64,000 nucleotides of DNA from Phoronis australis (Eukaryota > Animalia > Phoronida). The position numbers and the translations under genes were made by a program. The stretch lies in NCBI GenBank assembly GCA_002633005.1, contig NMRA01000345.1, positions 124,001-188,000 on the forward strand, read 5' to 3'. The notes beneath the pieces were generated by a model. It saw nothing but the letters and a program-made list of their open reading frames with translations, did no database searches and was not told the origin of the DNA. This document shows, one piece after another, positions 39,701-51,400 of the stretch. Every line of letters starts with the position of its first letter. Within the stretch, counting starts at the first letter, position 1.

Positions 39701-42081
39701 TCGGAGACCGGGGCCCGGTCTCCAATCTTTTTACTCGAAATGGAACTCGAAATTAGGTTTGGCATTTTCTACTCTACTTTTGGGCGAACTCAAGATAAGT
39801 GTCTATTATTCTATGCTCGAGTACACAATAACTTACGTAGATAATTTATTGCCCTTAGTTCAGAGTTTGTAAACCCAATATTAAAGCAATAAGTTCGAGT
39901 TTGAACTCGAAATTTCGAGTTTTTACTGTAGTTTGTAGCACGAATATAAGGGTCTTCAAGGGCAAACTTGAACTAGAAACTCCTATGCATAAACTATAAT
40001 GTATTCAAGCACAGTCTGATAACCAATTATCTTAAGTTCGCACAAAAGGAGCAGAGAAATTGCCAAAAATAGTTTCGAGTTCGTTTCGAGTACAAAGATT
40101 AGAGACCGGNNNNNNNNNNNNNNNNNNNNNNNNNNNNNNNNNNNNNNNNNNNNNNNNNNNNNNNNNNNNNNNNNNNNNNNNNNNNNNNNNNNNNNNNNNN
40201 NNNNNNNNNNNNNNNNNNNNNNNNNNNNNNNNNNNNNNNNNNNNNNNNNNNNNNNNNNNNNNNNNNNNNNNNNNNNNNNNNNNNNNNNNNNNNNNNNNNN
40301 NNNNNNNNNNNNNNNNNNNNNNNNNNNNNNNNNNNNNNNNNNNNNNNNNNNNNNNNNNNNNNNNNNNNNNNNNNNNNNNNNNNNNNNNNNNNNNNNNNNN
40401 NNNNNNNNNNNNNNNNNNNNNNNNNNNNNNNNNNNNNNNNNNNNNNNNNNNNNNNNNNNNNNNNNNNNNNNNNNNNNNNNNNNNNNNNNNNNNNNNNNNN
40501 NNNNNNNNNNNNNNNNNNNNNNNNNNNNNNNNNNNNNNNNNNNNNNNNNNNACGAGACGCCATTGAAAATCACACCACGCTATCCCAGATGCCCCGGCAA
40601 TGTTGACAATTTACGTTCCTCCGAACATAAAGAGCAACTTCCGCTTTTCGAGGTGAACGTCGTCTGCAACGCCGCGGTAAGAAAGGAATTTGCCGCGGAA
40701 ATTTTATATCAAATCCGATTTTTTTACGCGGAAATATTATAAAAAAAGCGGAAAGCACATTTGAAAAAAGCGGAAATCCGCGTTTCCGCGGAAAATTCCA
40801 AGCCCTGTTGGGGGTATTGCTGGGGGTGGGGGGTTACGCGTTGGAATCATGGATGCCCTGGAATATTGGGAACCCCATTTTGGACACCCTATTTTCAAAA
40901 TCCTGGATAAAGGCCTGCAACTAAGCTTCATCGAAGATATGTATAGAAGTTGAAAGGACGAATGAAGAAAATAAGTGCTTTTTAAAGTGATATTTTTGAG
41001 TGTGGAATGTATTTTTGACCACAGGCGTCCTCAGCTTCTAATCGTCCCCAATACACTACATATAATACTACAAGGTAGGACACTCTCGACTAGAAATTCC
41101 ACGGGTGCTTCACTTCAGCCGTCCATAGCAAACATAAAACTCAATAAATTTACACAAAACAGAGGTTCAACAAACCATGAAGAATTGTTCTTTCTCCCAA
41201 TACCATTCACGGTGTCCTGTTCCGGCGACTTCGTAAGAAATTCGCAGTCAAAGAACAAAAATGTTCACAAAAAACCCCCGCGCACGTCCATCGGTTGCCG
41301 CTCGAGGTCAAGGACGGTACGAAAATTGCCGGTGAGTTACGGAAGTACCGACATCGTGACTTTACGCGACCGATGTCGGTACTTCCGTAACTCACCGGCA
41401 ATTTCCGTACCGTCCTTGACCTCGAGCGGCAACCGATGGACGTGCGCGGGGGTTTTTTGTGAACATTTTTGTTCTTTGACTGCGAATTTCTTACGAAGTC
41501 GCCGGAACAGGACACCGTGAATGGTATTGGGAGAAAGAACAATTCTTCATGGTTTGTTGAACCCCTGTTTTGTGTAAATTTATTGAGTTTTATGTTTGCT
41601 ATGGACGGGTGAAGTGAAGCACCCGTGGAATTTCTAGTCGAGAGTGTCCTACCTTGTAGTATTATATGTAGTGTATTGGGGACGATTAGAAGCTGAGGAC
41701 GCCTGTGTTTTTGACAAGGTGAAAACTCAAACTCGGTGGCCAAATGTGGCCTACCACCTGGGGGGGGGGGGGTGGGGCAAAGCAAAAGGCAATGGCCCCA
41801 TATCTCTTTAAATAAGCAATTAATCTTAGACCAGTCAGTTTGGATGCTCGACTTGCAGGTGTTCGACACTGGTCGTGGACCAGTGGATTTTTTAAATTTC
41901 CTGCACAACAGTTTACAAGACAACAACACGCATACCACACGTCCAGCCGGCAGGTCACAACACAAGTTCTGTTCTGTGTTGTTTGCAACACAAAACCTAA
42001 ACTTACGAGTCGAGTCGCTCTGTAAGGTCCTAACTGCGTCCCGCTTTTTGCCACTGTTGCTGTAGAGCTACTTTGGAACAT
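24712..42081 (-). CDS. DEPDC1: DEP domain-containing protein 1-like (DEP domain plus RhoGAP-like domain); 12 coding exons, ~938 aa
   Basis: Minus-strand exons 42007-42081, 37993-38150, 36881-36991, 35981-36208, 33414-33544, 32504-32551, 31619-31759, 29730-31004, 28756-28928, 27906-28082, 25474-25644, 24712-24840; phases consistent (2817 nt). Motifs GPYRATRLWNDVI, CFVATEAVNWL, LPTWVLSAMRCLANWP, YPGFEKDVF, LQLCCLLLPPGNRRKLHLLLR and FQKTYPEIY..KFP match DEPDC1/DEPDC1B. Confidence 0.93.
29730..31004 (-). CDS. DEPDC1: DEPDC1 large Ser/Asn-rich low-complexity exon 8 (1275 nt, phase 1-1)
   Basis: Core of the 456-aa ORF 29659-31029; acceptor ...cccctctag and donor gtaagt; includes a poly-Asn tract. 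Confidence 0.85.
33904..35546. mobile_element. Non-autonomous PIF/Harbinger-type DNA transposon carrying a nested insertion
   Basis: TIRs GGGCTGTTCCAG.AAAATCTGT.TGGGAGGGGG / reverse complement; 3-bp TTA duplication (33901-33903, 35547-35549). Confidence 0.85.
34336..35414. mobile_element. Helentron-associated non-autonomous element (HINE/DINE-1/pearl-like) nested in the Harbinger element
   Basis: AACAAGAG start, small hairpin, subterminal inverted repeat atgcgcccaca (34361-34371)/tgtgggcgcat (35399-35409), ~150-bp core repeats (aaaa.tgccactag), (GGAC)n microsatellite, terminal stem-loop and A-run flanks. Confidence 0.8.
37272..37534. mobile_element. hAT-like MITE with 6-bp TSD; diverged inverted copy at ~60442-60691
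   Basis: CAGGGTTTGGAA...TTCCAAGCCCTG termini flanked on both sides by AGTAGC. Confidence 0.8.
39714..40109. mobile_element. Long imperfect palindromic MITE running into the N gap
   Basis: ccggtctccaatcttttactcgaaat... versus ...tttcgagtacaaagattagagaccgg; arms extend well over 100 bp. Confidence 0.7.
40552..40807. mobile_element. hAT-like non-autonomous element, right part (left part in gap); inverted homologue at 61972-62360
   Basis: ~165 bp of high identity to the reverse complement of 61972-62139; ends TTCCAAGCCCTG. Confidence 0.75.
41020..41707. mobile_element. 688-bp fold-back (fully palindromic) element with 8-bp TSD
   Basis: 337-bp arms (41020-41356 / 41371-41707), 14-nt loop, about 3 mismatches, CACAG...CTGTG ends, TTTTTGAC duplicated on both sides. 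Confidence 0.92.
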
Positions 42082-42411
42082 TCTATTTTCCTTAAGTAAA
42101 AACTCAAACCTAACTACCAGTTACATTGTTAAAATCAACTCCCGGAAGTGCGGTTTTAAATATGGTGGGTGAAACGTGATTGGTTAGAAATTGCGTGGCC
42201 CAGGAAGACTTTATAAAAATTCGTATTAGCAGGTTTTAAAATGCAACTAACTTCATTTCACTTAATTCTGGGCCCATTAAAAACATTTAAAATCTAAACT
42301 TAAAAACTTTTGTGTTTTTACTGTTGGTAAAAATTTCTAGATAAATATTACATTTTGGAAGATAAAAATGTAACTTGGTTGGTTCCATGTTGACCTAGTT
42401 CGTAAACAAAT
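42082..42411. promoter_or_regulatory. Bidirectional promoter shared by DEPDC1 and DCAF15
   Basis: The divergent start codons are 330 bp apart. The interval contains an ETS/GABP site CCGGAAGTG (42142-42150), CHR-like TTTAAA (42155-42160), reverse CCAAT box (GATTGG, 42178-42183), forkhead-like GTAAACAA (~42402) and YY1-like AATATGGCG at the DCAF15 start. Confidence 0.7.
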
Positions 42412-45400
42412 ATGGCGACTCCTTCACGGAATGCAGTTAACAAACCTTCTGGGCCGAAATCAGTGAAAGAACCGCGTGCTAGACTGGGACACAACGTTGT
42501 CCCAAAATTGCTGCAGAGAGAGGTATGTGTTATCAGTTGTTTTTAAATTTTAAGTGTTCTATTCTCTTCGCAGGGTCAATCTTTCAAGTGTCGTCTGCTT
42601 TTCAATTCCCGTTTCTAACGTCTCAAAACACAGTCACAGGACACAAGACAGTGACCACCGCCTCTAGCTGACAAGAGACTGCGTAGCTCCTGTAGGAGTT
42701 TCATGCACACGAAGCTTTTCACCGAATTATGCCTCACACTGACTAAATCATCAAAGTCACGTTGTTATAAATACTTTTTGCAGACTATAGAGGGACGCCT
42801 GGCTTAGGCAGGAGGTCGTCGATGTATTTAATTCCTCCCAACACGAAGAAATACTCTCGTTATCAAATTTTTTCTTCGAGCAATCCCTCGTTCAGTTCCC
42901 AAAACCAGTAACTGGCCATTTTTACACTGCACATGCCAGGGGATGTGACGTCATACCACCTGCCACGCGCAATGTTAAAAACGGCTAGTTTCCGATTTTG
43001 GGAACTGAACGAGGAACTGCTCCAAGAAAAAGTTTGATAATGGGACTCCCGTCGGGAGTATTAAATACATTGACAGTCTCCTCAGGTGCTTCTCTAAGCA
43101 ACGTGACTTTGATGTTTTAGTCAGTGTGAGGCATAATTTGCCGAAAAGCTTTTGGCGTATGAACCTCCTATAGCCGTATAGGAGATACACCATCTCTAGT
43201 CAGCTATAGACAGTGGTCACTGTTACACAAAACGCAAGACACGGCCACTGTATCAAAGAGACAGTAGACATTCCATAGGGCTGTCGTACGCCGGAAGCTT
43301 TTCGACAAATTATATGCCTCACACTGATTAAACCATCAAATTGAACTTGTTATAAGTACCTTTTTCACATAGAAGCACACCTCAGGAGACAGTTGAACTT
43401 CTTTCTCTTCACAGCTCAAACACTCCCGCAATCAAACCTTTTTTAACAAGCCTTTGTTCAGTTGCCTAAATCGGAAACTGGCCATTTTTACACTGCTCAC
43501 ACCAGGGGGCAGGACATCATATATTTCAAAGCACCTGGTTTGGAACTGTTTACAGTCAAGTGACCTAAATATCGGACATTTTGGCACAATTTGCACTATA
43601 TTTAATTGGAAATACTGCGGATTGTTGTAAATTCTTTACCGAAATAAAGACTTACCTTTACAGAATTGTGCTGTTACTATATCTTGTCACTTCAAGCCAT
43701 GATTTTGTTCTGACTAATCTTTAAAAAACAACTGGAAATCCTCAATGAACCTAAATACCGGACACCGTGTTTCTACATACGCCACAATGTGGAAAATTGA
43801 CTAACCATGTTATGACCACAGGTACCTTGTCACCAAACAGCAGCTCGTGTGTTTTGATATATTTGCTGCTAGAACACGACAACTCTGTTCGCAGTAAAAT
43901 TATCCATAAAATGTAATCTGATTAAAGCACTGCATTGTTTCGGTGAATCAATGCAGACGACCAAAGCCCGTGCAATCTCACTGCAGTTTTTAGTATCTCT
44001 TTGCCTTCTTGATATGACATGAACGTGCACGGCCAGAATTTGACTTGAGTTTAAAGACAAATGAAAAAATTTAACAGTGGAAAATTGTCAGTTTATTGAG
44101 ATGATTTCATCATGGAGAAAGATTTGAGTTTCAACTTTCATAAATGTTTTATGCGTTCGTCCATTTTGGGCAGACTTAGGGGTCTAAATTGCACTCTATC
44201 TTGGTGAAATCAAAACGAGGCAAAGCTATAAAGAAACGAGACTGTGCCGAACATTGAATGGATCATGGCAGAATGGAAATCAATGCAATTTATTTCTGAG
44301 ATTCTGTTTCAGGTAAGATTTTATAAAAACGTCCGATATTTAGGTACGTCTGATATTTAGGTATATACAATATTTACATTCACTATGTATAAAAATAAAA
44401 GTTCTCAGGCTTTCTTGGTATACTTCAGTGTCTCTGGTTAAGACTTTTCAATAGTACAAGCAACTTGACAATTGCAGGACACTTCCTAACCTTTTACTAT
44501 CACCAACCTCAAATTAACAATTTAGGGATTGATAATTTGATATAGTATTGATTTTTATGGAAAATTTTGTTGTCTTTACGGAAGTATTCTTCATACCTTG
44601 ATTGATGCCAACGAGTGTTATTTTTTGTAATTCTCAAGCTGTCAGTTGCAACAAATGTATGTCATTTGTGATAGGTATAGGTCACTTCATAAGGCGAGTC
44701 TTTGGAGGCTCTTTAGGGGGTGACCGGATCAAACCATATTAAGACATAAAAAGAATGGATTGAAAACTAACAAGAAATTGAATGGGATTTCACGGCCTCT
44801 GAAAACTAACTAACACTTAGCGGCAAATAACAAGCCTGCATGGCTGCAATAGAAGACAAGACACATTAGTGCTTGTTGCATGAACTTGAGTGTTATTGTA
44901 GCATTTTTTCATCCATAATGTATAACTAATGAAATACAAATAATATAGTCTTTTAGACACACATGGAAAAGACTGCCTAAGTTGGTAAAGAAAAGTTGGT
45001 CTTTGTAATCATATACAGTAGTTTTCAACTGTTACCAGATAAGCCTAGAAGCGGTATTTAATTACTTTTCTAGAAATTCCTTTGTTTTTCACGAAAATCG
45101 AGGAGTAACCTGCACTTAATGTGAAATTCTGTAATATTGTGTCCTATTATTGTTGAGTCGCTAATAGAAATAGCTTACCAAGACTAATCAAGGTAAAGTT
45201 TGTCTCACTCTACAGAAGTCGTTTATCAAAAGCAAATGCTCAGATGACGCGCTGACATCAACAATAAAAAAATTGCATGCAGTCTGGTACACGGTGTACC
45301 TGACGTGCGCAGGCCGCTGTGGTGGGCCCGTTGCACTGATCATGAACAACAAAATAGCCGTGACATGGTATGTGACACATGACTCGAAGGCTGTAGCGTC

Positions 45401-48400
45401 TCGACTATTCAGAACATTTTCAATAAATAGCCAACATTATTCAGTAGACCATATTATCTAATTATTGTCATTTGTCCTAGTGTCCTACGACAGTCAACTT
45501 AATGAAAGTCTGCTTCTGGTAACAGGATTTACATAACATTGCCTTGAAATAGCCCTCAAAACAGGTGTATTTTCAGTCATATTTCACTTGCCTGGCTTCA
45601 TACTAAAGATTTCTACCATCTGAACTGAGTCATGCAAGGTGCCAAAAGTGCAAGGGCATGGACATATATCAGAGCAGACACAGTACTAGACATTTGCGAA
45701 TTATTTGTTATTTTTAAATTACTGGTGATTTGATATTTTGCTTGATCAATCAATGCCATTTTGTTGATTGATCTTGATTCCACTTGCTGAAGATCGAGCA
45801 TATGTACTACACTTCTTCTTTTCTCCTCAAGTCACACATCCACCAGTGCCCCCTCCCCCCGCCTTCACTTGTGCCCTACATCATTTGTGCACATCCTCGA
45901 GTTCTCGTTTCCAAGACATCGAAACTACAGAGCATTATTTTCTCCACAGGTGAATGGAAAGTTTCAACGTTACAGCCACTCCAAACAGTTCCCTGTGTTT
46001 AATAAATTGCCTGGTAGACTAGGGTTTCGACTCAGCTCATTACTGGATGAGTCCACTTTACAGGACGGGTAAGTTCCAGTGTTTTAAACTAGAAGTGAAG
46101 AAAAGCATTGTGTAAGTCACAAAAGGCATTTCTTACAATCTCAAACTCATTGAGACTTGCAAGTGATGTTTTTTGATAATGTACCATGCTGGTTGTTGGC
46201 AAATTATCACGTGTTCTACACGTGTGTGAAATAGACGAATAAAGCACTGATATTGATATGCAGTCTTTCCTGTGGTTTGTTGGTTTCAGCTGCCAGGGCT
46301 TTTGGTATTGTTTTCTTGGCATAAACTGCTGAATTCTCAAATTTTTATTCAGTCATAGAGATACTCAGGCACAGAAAGCATATAAGTATTTAAATGAAGT
46401 CCATGGGTTGATACAAGTCAAAATGTGGTTGTGCGTAGCAGCTCAAAAAGCTTGGTGAGAATGATGGTTAAGACATTTATTGGTAGTCCCTAGATATACC
46501 GAACATATGCATGGTAAGGACACCTGTTGGTAGGGAAGGACATTGCACATATAATAAGGTCATGTTGTTTCAGCTATGTGTTCCTGGGGTTCACCAAGGA
46601 TGGCCAGTTTGTGCTTTCCTATACCCAGAGTCTTGAGGTGGAGGACCACACTGCCTATCCGGTCTATGTGTACAAGCTACAGTGGTGGAGATTTATTCCT
46701 CACAGGAGATTACGCCAGGTTGGTGATGGCACTGAACAATTCAGTAATTATAAAAATAAAATTAGATTATTTAAAATGAAATTTTTCCATGCACTCTCAC
46801 TCATAAAAGGTAGATTTCTTTTTTATCCTAAAAGTTTTATTCTTTAATGTAAACTGTAAAGTAAAATATAGTTGTTAAATATATTTCCTTTAAAATACCG
46901 CAATGGCATTTATTTTTACAAATGCAGAAAGTAACAAAAGTTAATCAGAACATCTGGGAAAGTAAACCTTCACAAACTAATTTAAAGTAACTTTTAAATG
47001 TGCGAGCACAAACACTTTTGTATTCTTGGAAAGCAGTCACACACCTGCGACCACCTATATTTGTGAACCTTTGCATTTCTAAACACGTCTTAATCAATTT
47101 GTGTCACTGTTACTCACACATGCTACCGTTAACTTGCATCTTGCAGTGTGCTGAGGTGAGGTTGTTTGGCGAAGAAGAAATTCAACATGATCTATATCTG
47201 GCTGTCTGCCAGTGGCCCACACAATCTTCGCAGATTCTAGTTTATGGATATTGGTACGTTGGATGTTCGCAATAGGGCTGTCCCGGATTTCACGACGATA
47301 GAACTATCCTTTTTCCCGGAGATTAAAAAGCGGGTGACCTGGTTTTGGAAATCAGGCACATTTTCGTGTTTCTCATTGATGTCAGGAAGGCGAAGAATTT
47401 CAGGTCATGCATTCACACGTATTTGTCCAACTTTCTCACATCGGACTTGCAGCAAACAGCACAGCTGTAATTTTTCATTGGCATTGAAAGGATGAATAGA
47501 GTAATGTAAACAAGAAAAACTTGTAAAGAATCAGACAACTACAAATAACATGTGAAACTTCGGTGGCACGACAACAAAAACGTGCCTGACCGATGTTTAC
47601 TTCATTGTGGGTAAATACAGCGAGATTCTAGCGTCGCTGTGTAATCCAGGATGGCCCTATGATACTCAAAGTGTTTGTAAACCCACCTGTGACTGAAAGA
47701 AACTAACATTTGATTTAGACTACATACCAGTATAAAATTGGTCTCGCAGTGTTTCTTACCTTCATGTGATTCTATTTCCGTTACCACCTCAAGTCACATG
47801 TAATGCGTACAGGTGCTGTTTTCGAATTCGCTACGGTTGGCCAACCTCGATAAAATCTGAAGGGTTTTCTTGAGTCACTGATAGTTTCTTGTTGGTAACG
47901 GAAATGGAATCCTATCACTCTGCATAACATTATGAGACCGGTGTTATGAGAGTAAAAGTCCTACTTCAATTTTTGTGTTTAGCTATCTAAACATGTTGAA
48001 GTACAGGAAAATGCTTCTACTGAAACCATAATCAGTCAAAATGATTCTACTGAAACCATAATCAGTCAAAATGCTTCTTCTGAAATCATAATCAGTCAAA
48101 ATCATTGTCCTCGCTCTGTACACTGGTGTTGATGGGGTTTGCTTGTTTACGCGCAGAATAGTGTAAAACTCAGTCATCGTCCTAACTACATTTTATGTTA
48201 ATGCAAAATGTGCTGTCAAACATTTGTTAGGGAGTGAAACATGTCATGAAGTTGATTATTCATTGCTATGATGAAATGTAGGTTGAAATTGAATTGATGT
48301 AAAACTAATAATTGAAGTAACCCCGTATTAATATTTCACTCAATCATCAAAGTTACAATATTATAACCGTATTATAATGATTTCAATCACTGATGTCTCA

Positions 48401-51400
48401 AAATGTTTATCTTATATCCATTCAGTTATAATGTTTATCTTATTTCCGTTCAGTTATAATGTTCATCTTATATCCGTTCAGTTATAATGTTCATCTTATA
48501 TCCGTTCAGTTATAATGTTCATCTTATATCCGTTCAGTTATAATATTCATCTTATATCCGTTCAGTTATAATGTTCATCTTATATCCGTTCAGTTATACT
48601 GTTCATCTTATATCCGTTCAGTTATAATGTTCATCTTATATCCGTTCAGTTATAATGTTCATCTTATATCCGTTCAGTTATAATGTTCATCTTATATCCG
48701 TTCAGTTATAATGTTCATCTTATATCCATTCAGTTATAATGATCATCTTATATCCGTTCTGTTATAATGTTCATCTTACATCCGTTCAGTTATAATGTTC
48801 ATCTTACTTCCGTTCAGTTATAATGTTTATCTTACATCCGTTCAGTTATAATGTTCATCTTATTTCCGTTCAGTTATAATTTTTATCTTGCATCCGTTCA
48901 GTTATAACGTTCATCTTATATCCGTTCAGTTATAATGTTCATCTTATATCCGTTCAGTTATAATAACAGTGCAGTAATGGATGTTGTTATAGTGTGACAA
49001 ACACAGAGGAAGAGAAGAAACAGTGTCACATCACAATTACAGCTGCCCCATCTCTGGTTCCATGTGAAGAGTGCAACAAATGTTATAAACACGGTAATCT
49101 GTTTACAGAGTTTAGACATGGACTTTATGTGTTTCAGGCAACTTGCAAAATTTTTAAACTCAAGTCATCGTCACTGATAAAGAGCATCTACTTGGCTCTT
49201 GAACAGGGATTTGATATCACTAAATAGTTTCATAAGGTTGTTAGAGTTGATGAGTAATAGTTTCTTATTTTCACAACCAGAAAAAAACACAGTAGCTTCA
49301 TTTTTTTCAGTTCTGTAGTGAAATATTGGGCATGTGTCTTTTACAGGAGAATGCCACCCGATTTAATTAGTTTTTTTTTTTACCGTCTTAATCGATCTAC
49401 ATCCACATCACCTCATAAACGGTCGATCTTACCTCCCCGAGAGGTGTTGCGTTAACCTGTGAGAAAGGTGAGAAATGACGCATCGACGTCATTGGTTCTT
49501 CTGCAGAGTGAGTGCCCCTATGGTGTGGTGTATCGTTTTCGCTTGTGCGAACTATGAAGCTGCGAGGAAAGCACGTATATCGTTTTTCGATTTCCTTGAG
49601 AGCCCATAATTCTTCGAAAGTGGCTTGGGGTAGTGAAGAATGAAAAGTAGACTGTTAATACCAGGTATGAGGCTGTGAAACTTCTCCGTGTCTGTCAGTG
49701 GCTGGCATTTTGTCGGATTGGTTGTTTATCAGTTTTTGAAAATGGAGAATTGTAGTTGGCCATGAGAACATAAACAATTACAATTAATTCAAGGAGTGAG
49801 AACATAATATTTTATATAACCTGTATGATGGCTGACTCATTCATGAGGCTTCTGTTTGGTCCTCTGGGTGTAGGATGTTAGTTTAGAACCGGTGCAAAAT
49901 CAAGATGGTTTGTACGAGACACTCTGCACTTCTCCAAGAAGGCGGTTCACTTGCAGAATTTCGTGGCAGCAAACGCAAGCGTCAGTTGTTTTCATTATCG
50001 TGCAGTTAACTTACTGACGCCATGACAATGAGTCACTCAAACGGTTTTCGGAACTATCCATATGTTCCATTGTCTGTGCACATTCACTGAGCCTCTCTAT
50101 AATTTCTTGATCAGTGTATTCCGGTTCGAACTGATAGCCTGTGAAACCTATCGATCGACCTGTGAAGTCTTCGTCGGATGACCGCTCGTCTAAGTCGGTA
50201 TTGAGTTGCCAAGTTAACGTTTATTATTGTGCGTTCTGTTTCAAAATTATTCTCACTCTAACCATATAAAACTGAAACAAAGTCTGTCGCATTATATACA
50301 ATTTGTAATGCCTTGGAGTGTTCCTGAGTGCAAATGTTTTGAGAAGCTAGCAATGAATGAATCACTGCGTTACCAGCTTTAGATGCAATTAACTAATTGA
50401 CCGGGCACCGGGGCCGCCTTGTGAGCGCATGCTAATTCAGTGTTTGCTGACAGAATGCTGTCGCGAAACAATACATTATTCAAATCATTGTTGCTATACA
50501 ACTTGCCCTGACGGTTCTGTGGAAGGGTGACCTGACTTCGCAGCCCACAACGAGCTAGTTAGTAGATTTGCAGTTTCGCAGCTAATTCACAAAAATAACC
50601 ACGTGTACATTTTTTCTTTGGCTCATTAGTATAGTCTTTTCGTGACTGGAAGTTTTGTTTCCAGCTTTGGCTGGTTTATGTCCGTGATGTCTTCAGTCTG
50701 GTCGCGATGGGCCTGCTGATCGGGTTTTGAGCCACTGATCGAGATAGCACGTATTTTGTGTGTTAAGAACTGAAAAAATCACAAGTCTAAAATTACAATA
50801 CACAGCTATGTTCTCCTAGTCCTCTCTGTATTTTAAGGACAAATAATTTGAATTTATCAGCGAACAGACCCCAAACTGCCGCCACCGACCTTGGTAAATT
50901 GGCCTACCTAACTCTGTAGGCAACGATACGTTCAAATACCTAAAACTCTGTAACAGCGAAATAAAATATCATGTTTCTTCAATAACTCGGTGTATTTTTA
51001 AGAGTTTTACATCGAATTTTGATGATTTCATTGGTGTAAAATGATGAATTCAAGCGATAAGCTGACACCAGTAAGCGTGTTGTGAACTGCTGAACAAACT
51101 GCATTCGAACCTCTGACGTCATTGGTTAATTTTAACACCTCCGTCTGCCGTCAGGTGTCAGGTAAAAGAGCTGTACTTGCTGTTATCATGTGCAACTACT
51201 CGATCTGAATTGATACAATTTAGGTTGTTTTTTGGGTGGCATTCTCCTTTATATTATGCAGAGGACAATGCACATAGTGATTAATTCAGTGCTTCCACTG
51301 AAACGTGACTAGAATTACTCTTGTCATCCTAACTTGCATCCTTCAACAAACCGGCTTCTATGAGGAGGTTGATTCTGTCAAACTTGTGTGAAAATTGCAG

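Larger units (their letters stand above)
49345..51248. mobile_element. Decayed Kolobok-type DNA transposon (THAP remnant on +, KolX remnant on -)
   Basis: 15-bp TIR AGGAGAATGCCACCC / GGGTGGCATTCTCCT with degenerate TTAA-like flanks (ttac/ttat); two convergent broken coding remnants inside. Confidence 0.8.

Noticed and set aside
39983-40573. ORFs of poly-X
   Set aside because: Assembly gap of Ns.
40975-41965. 181-aa and 252-aa ORFs sharing the same peptide on opposite strands
   Set aside because: Mirror products of the palindromic element; no recognisable domain.
42641-43230. RAG/Transib RSS-like ends (nACAGTG) on the older fold-back element
   Set aside because: Neither end is a perfect CACAGTG, there is no clear nonamer and the TSD is ambiguous; insufficient support.
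48403-48965. CRISPR-like regular 28-bp repeats (also the 18476-18800 array)
   Set aside because: No unique spacers, no cas genes, eukaryotic intron; ordinary minisatellites.
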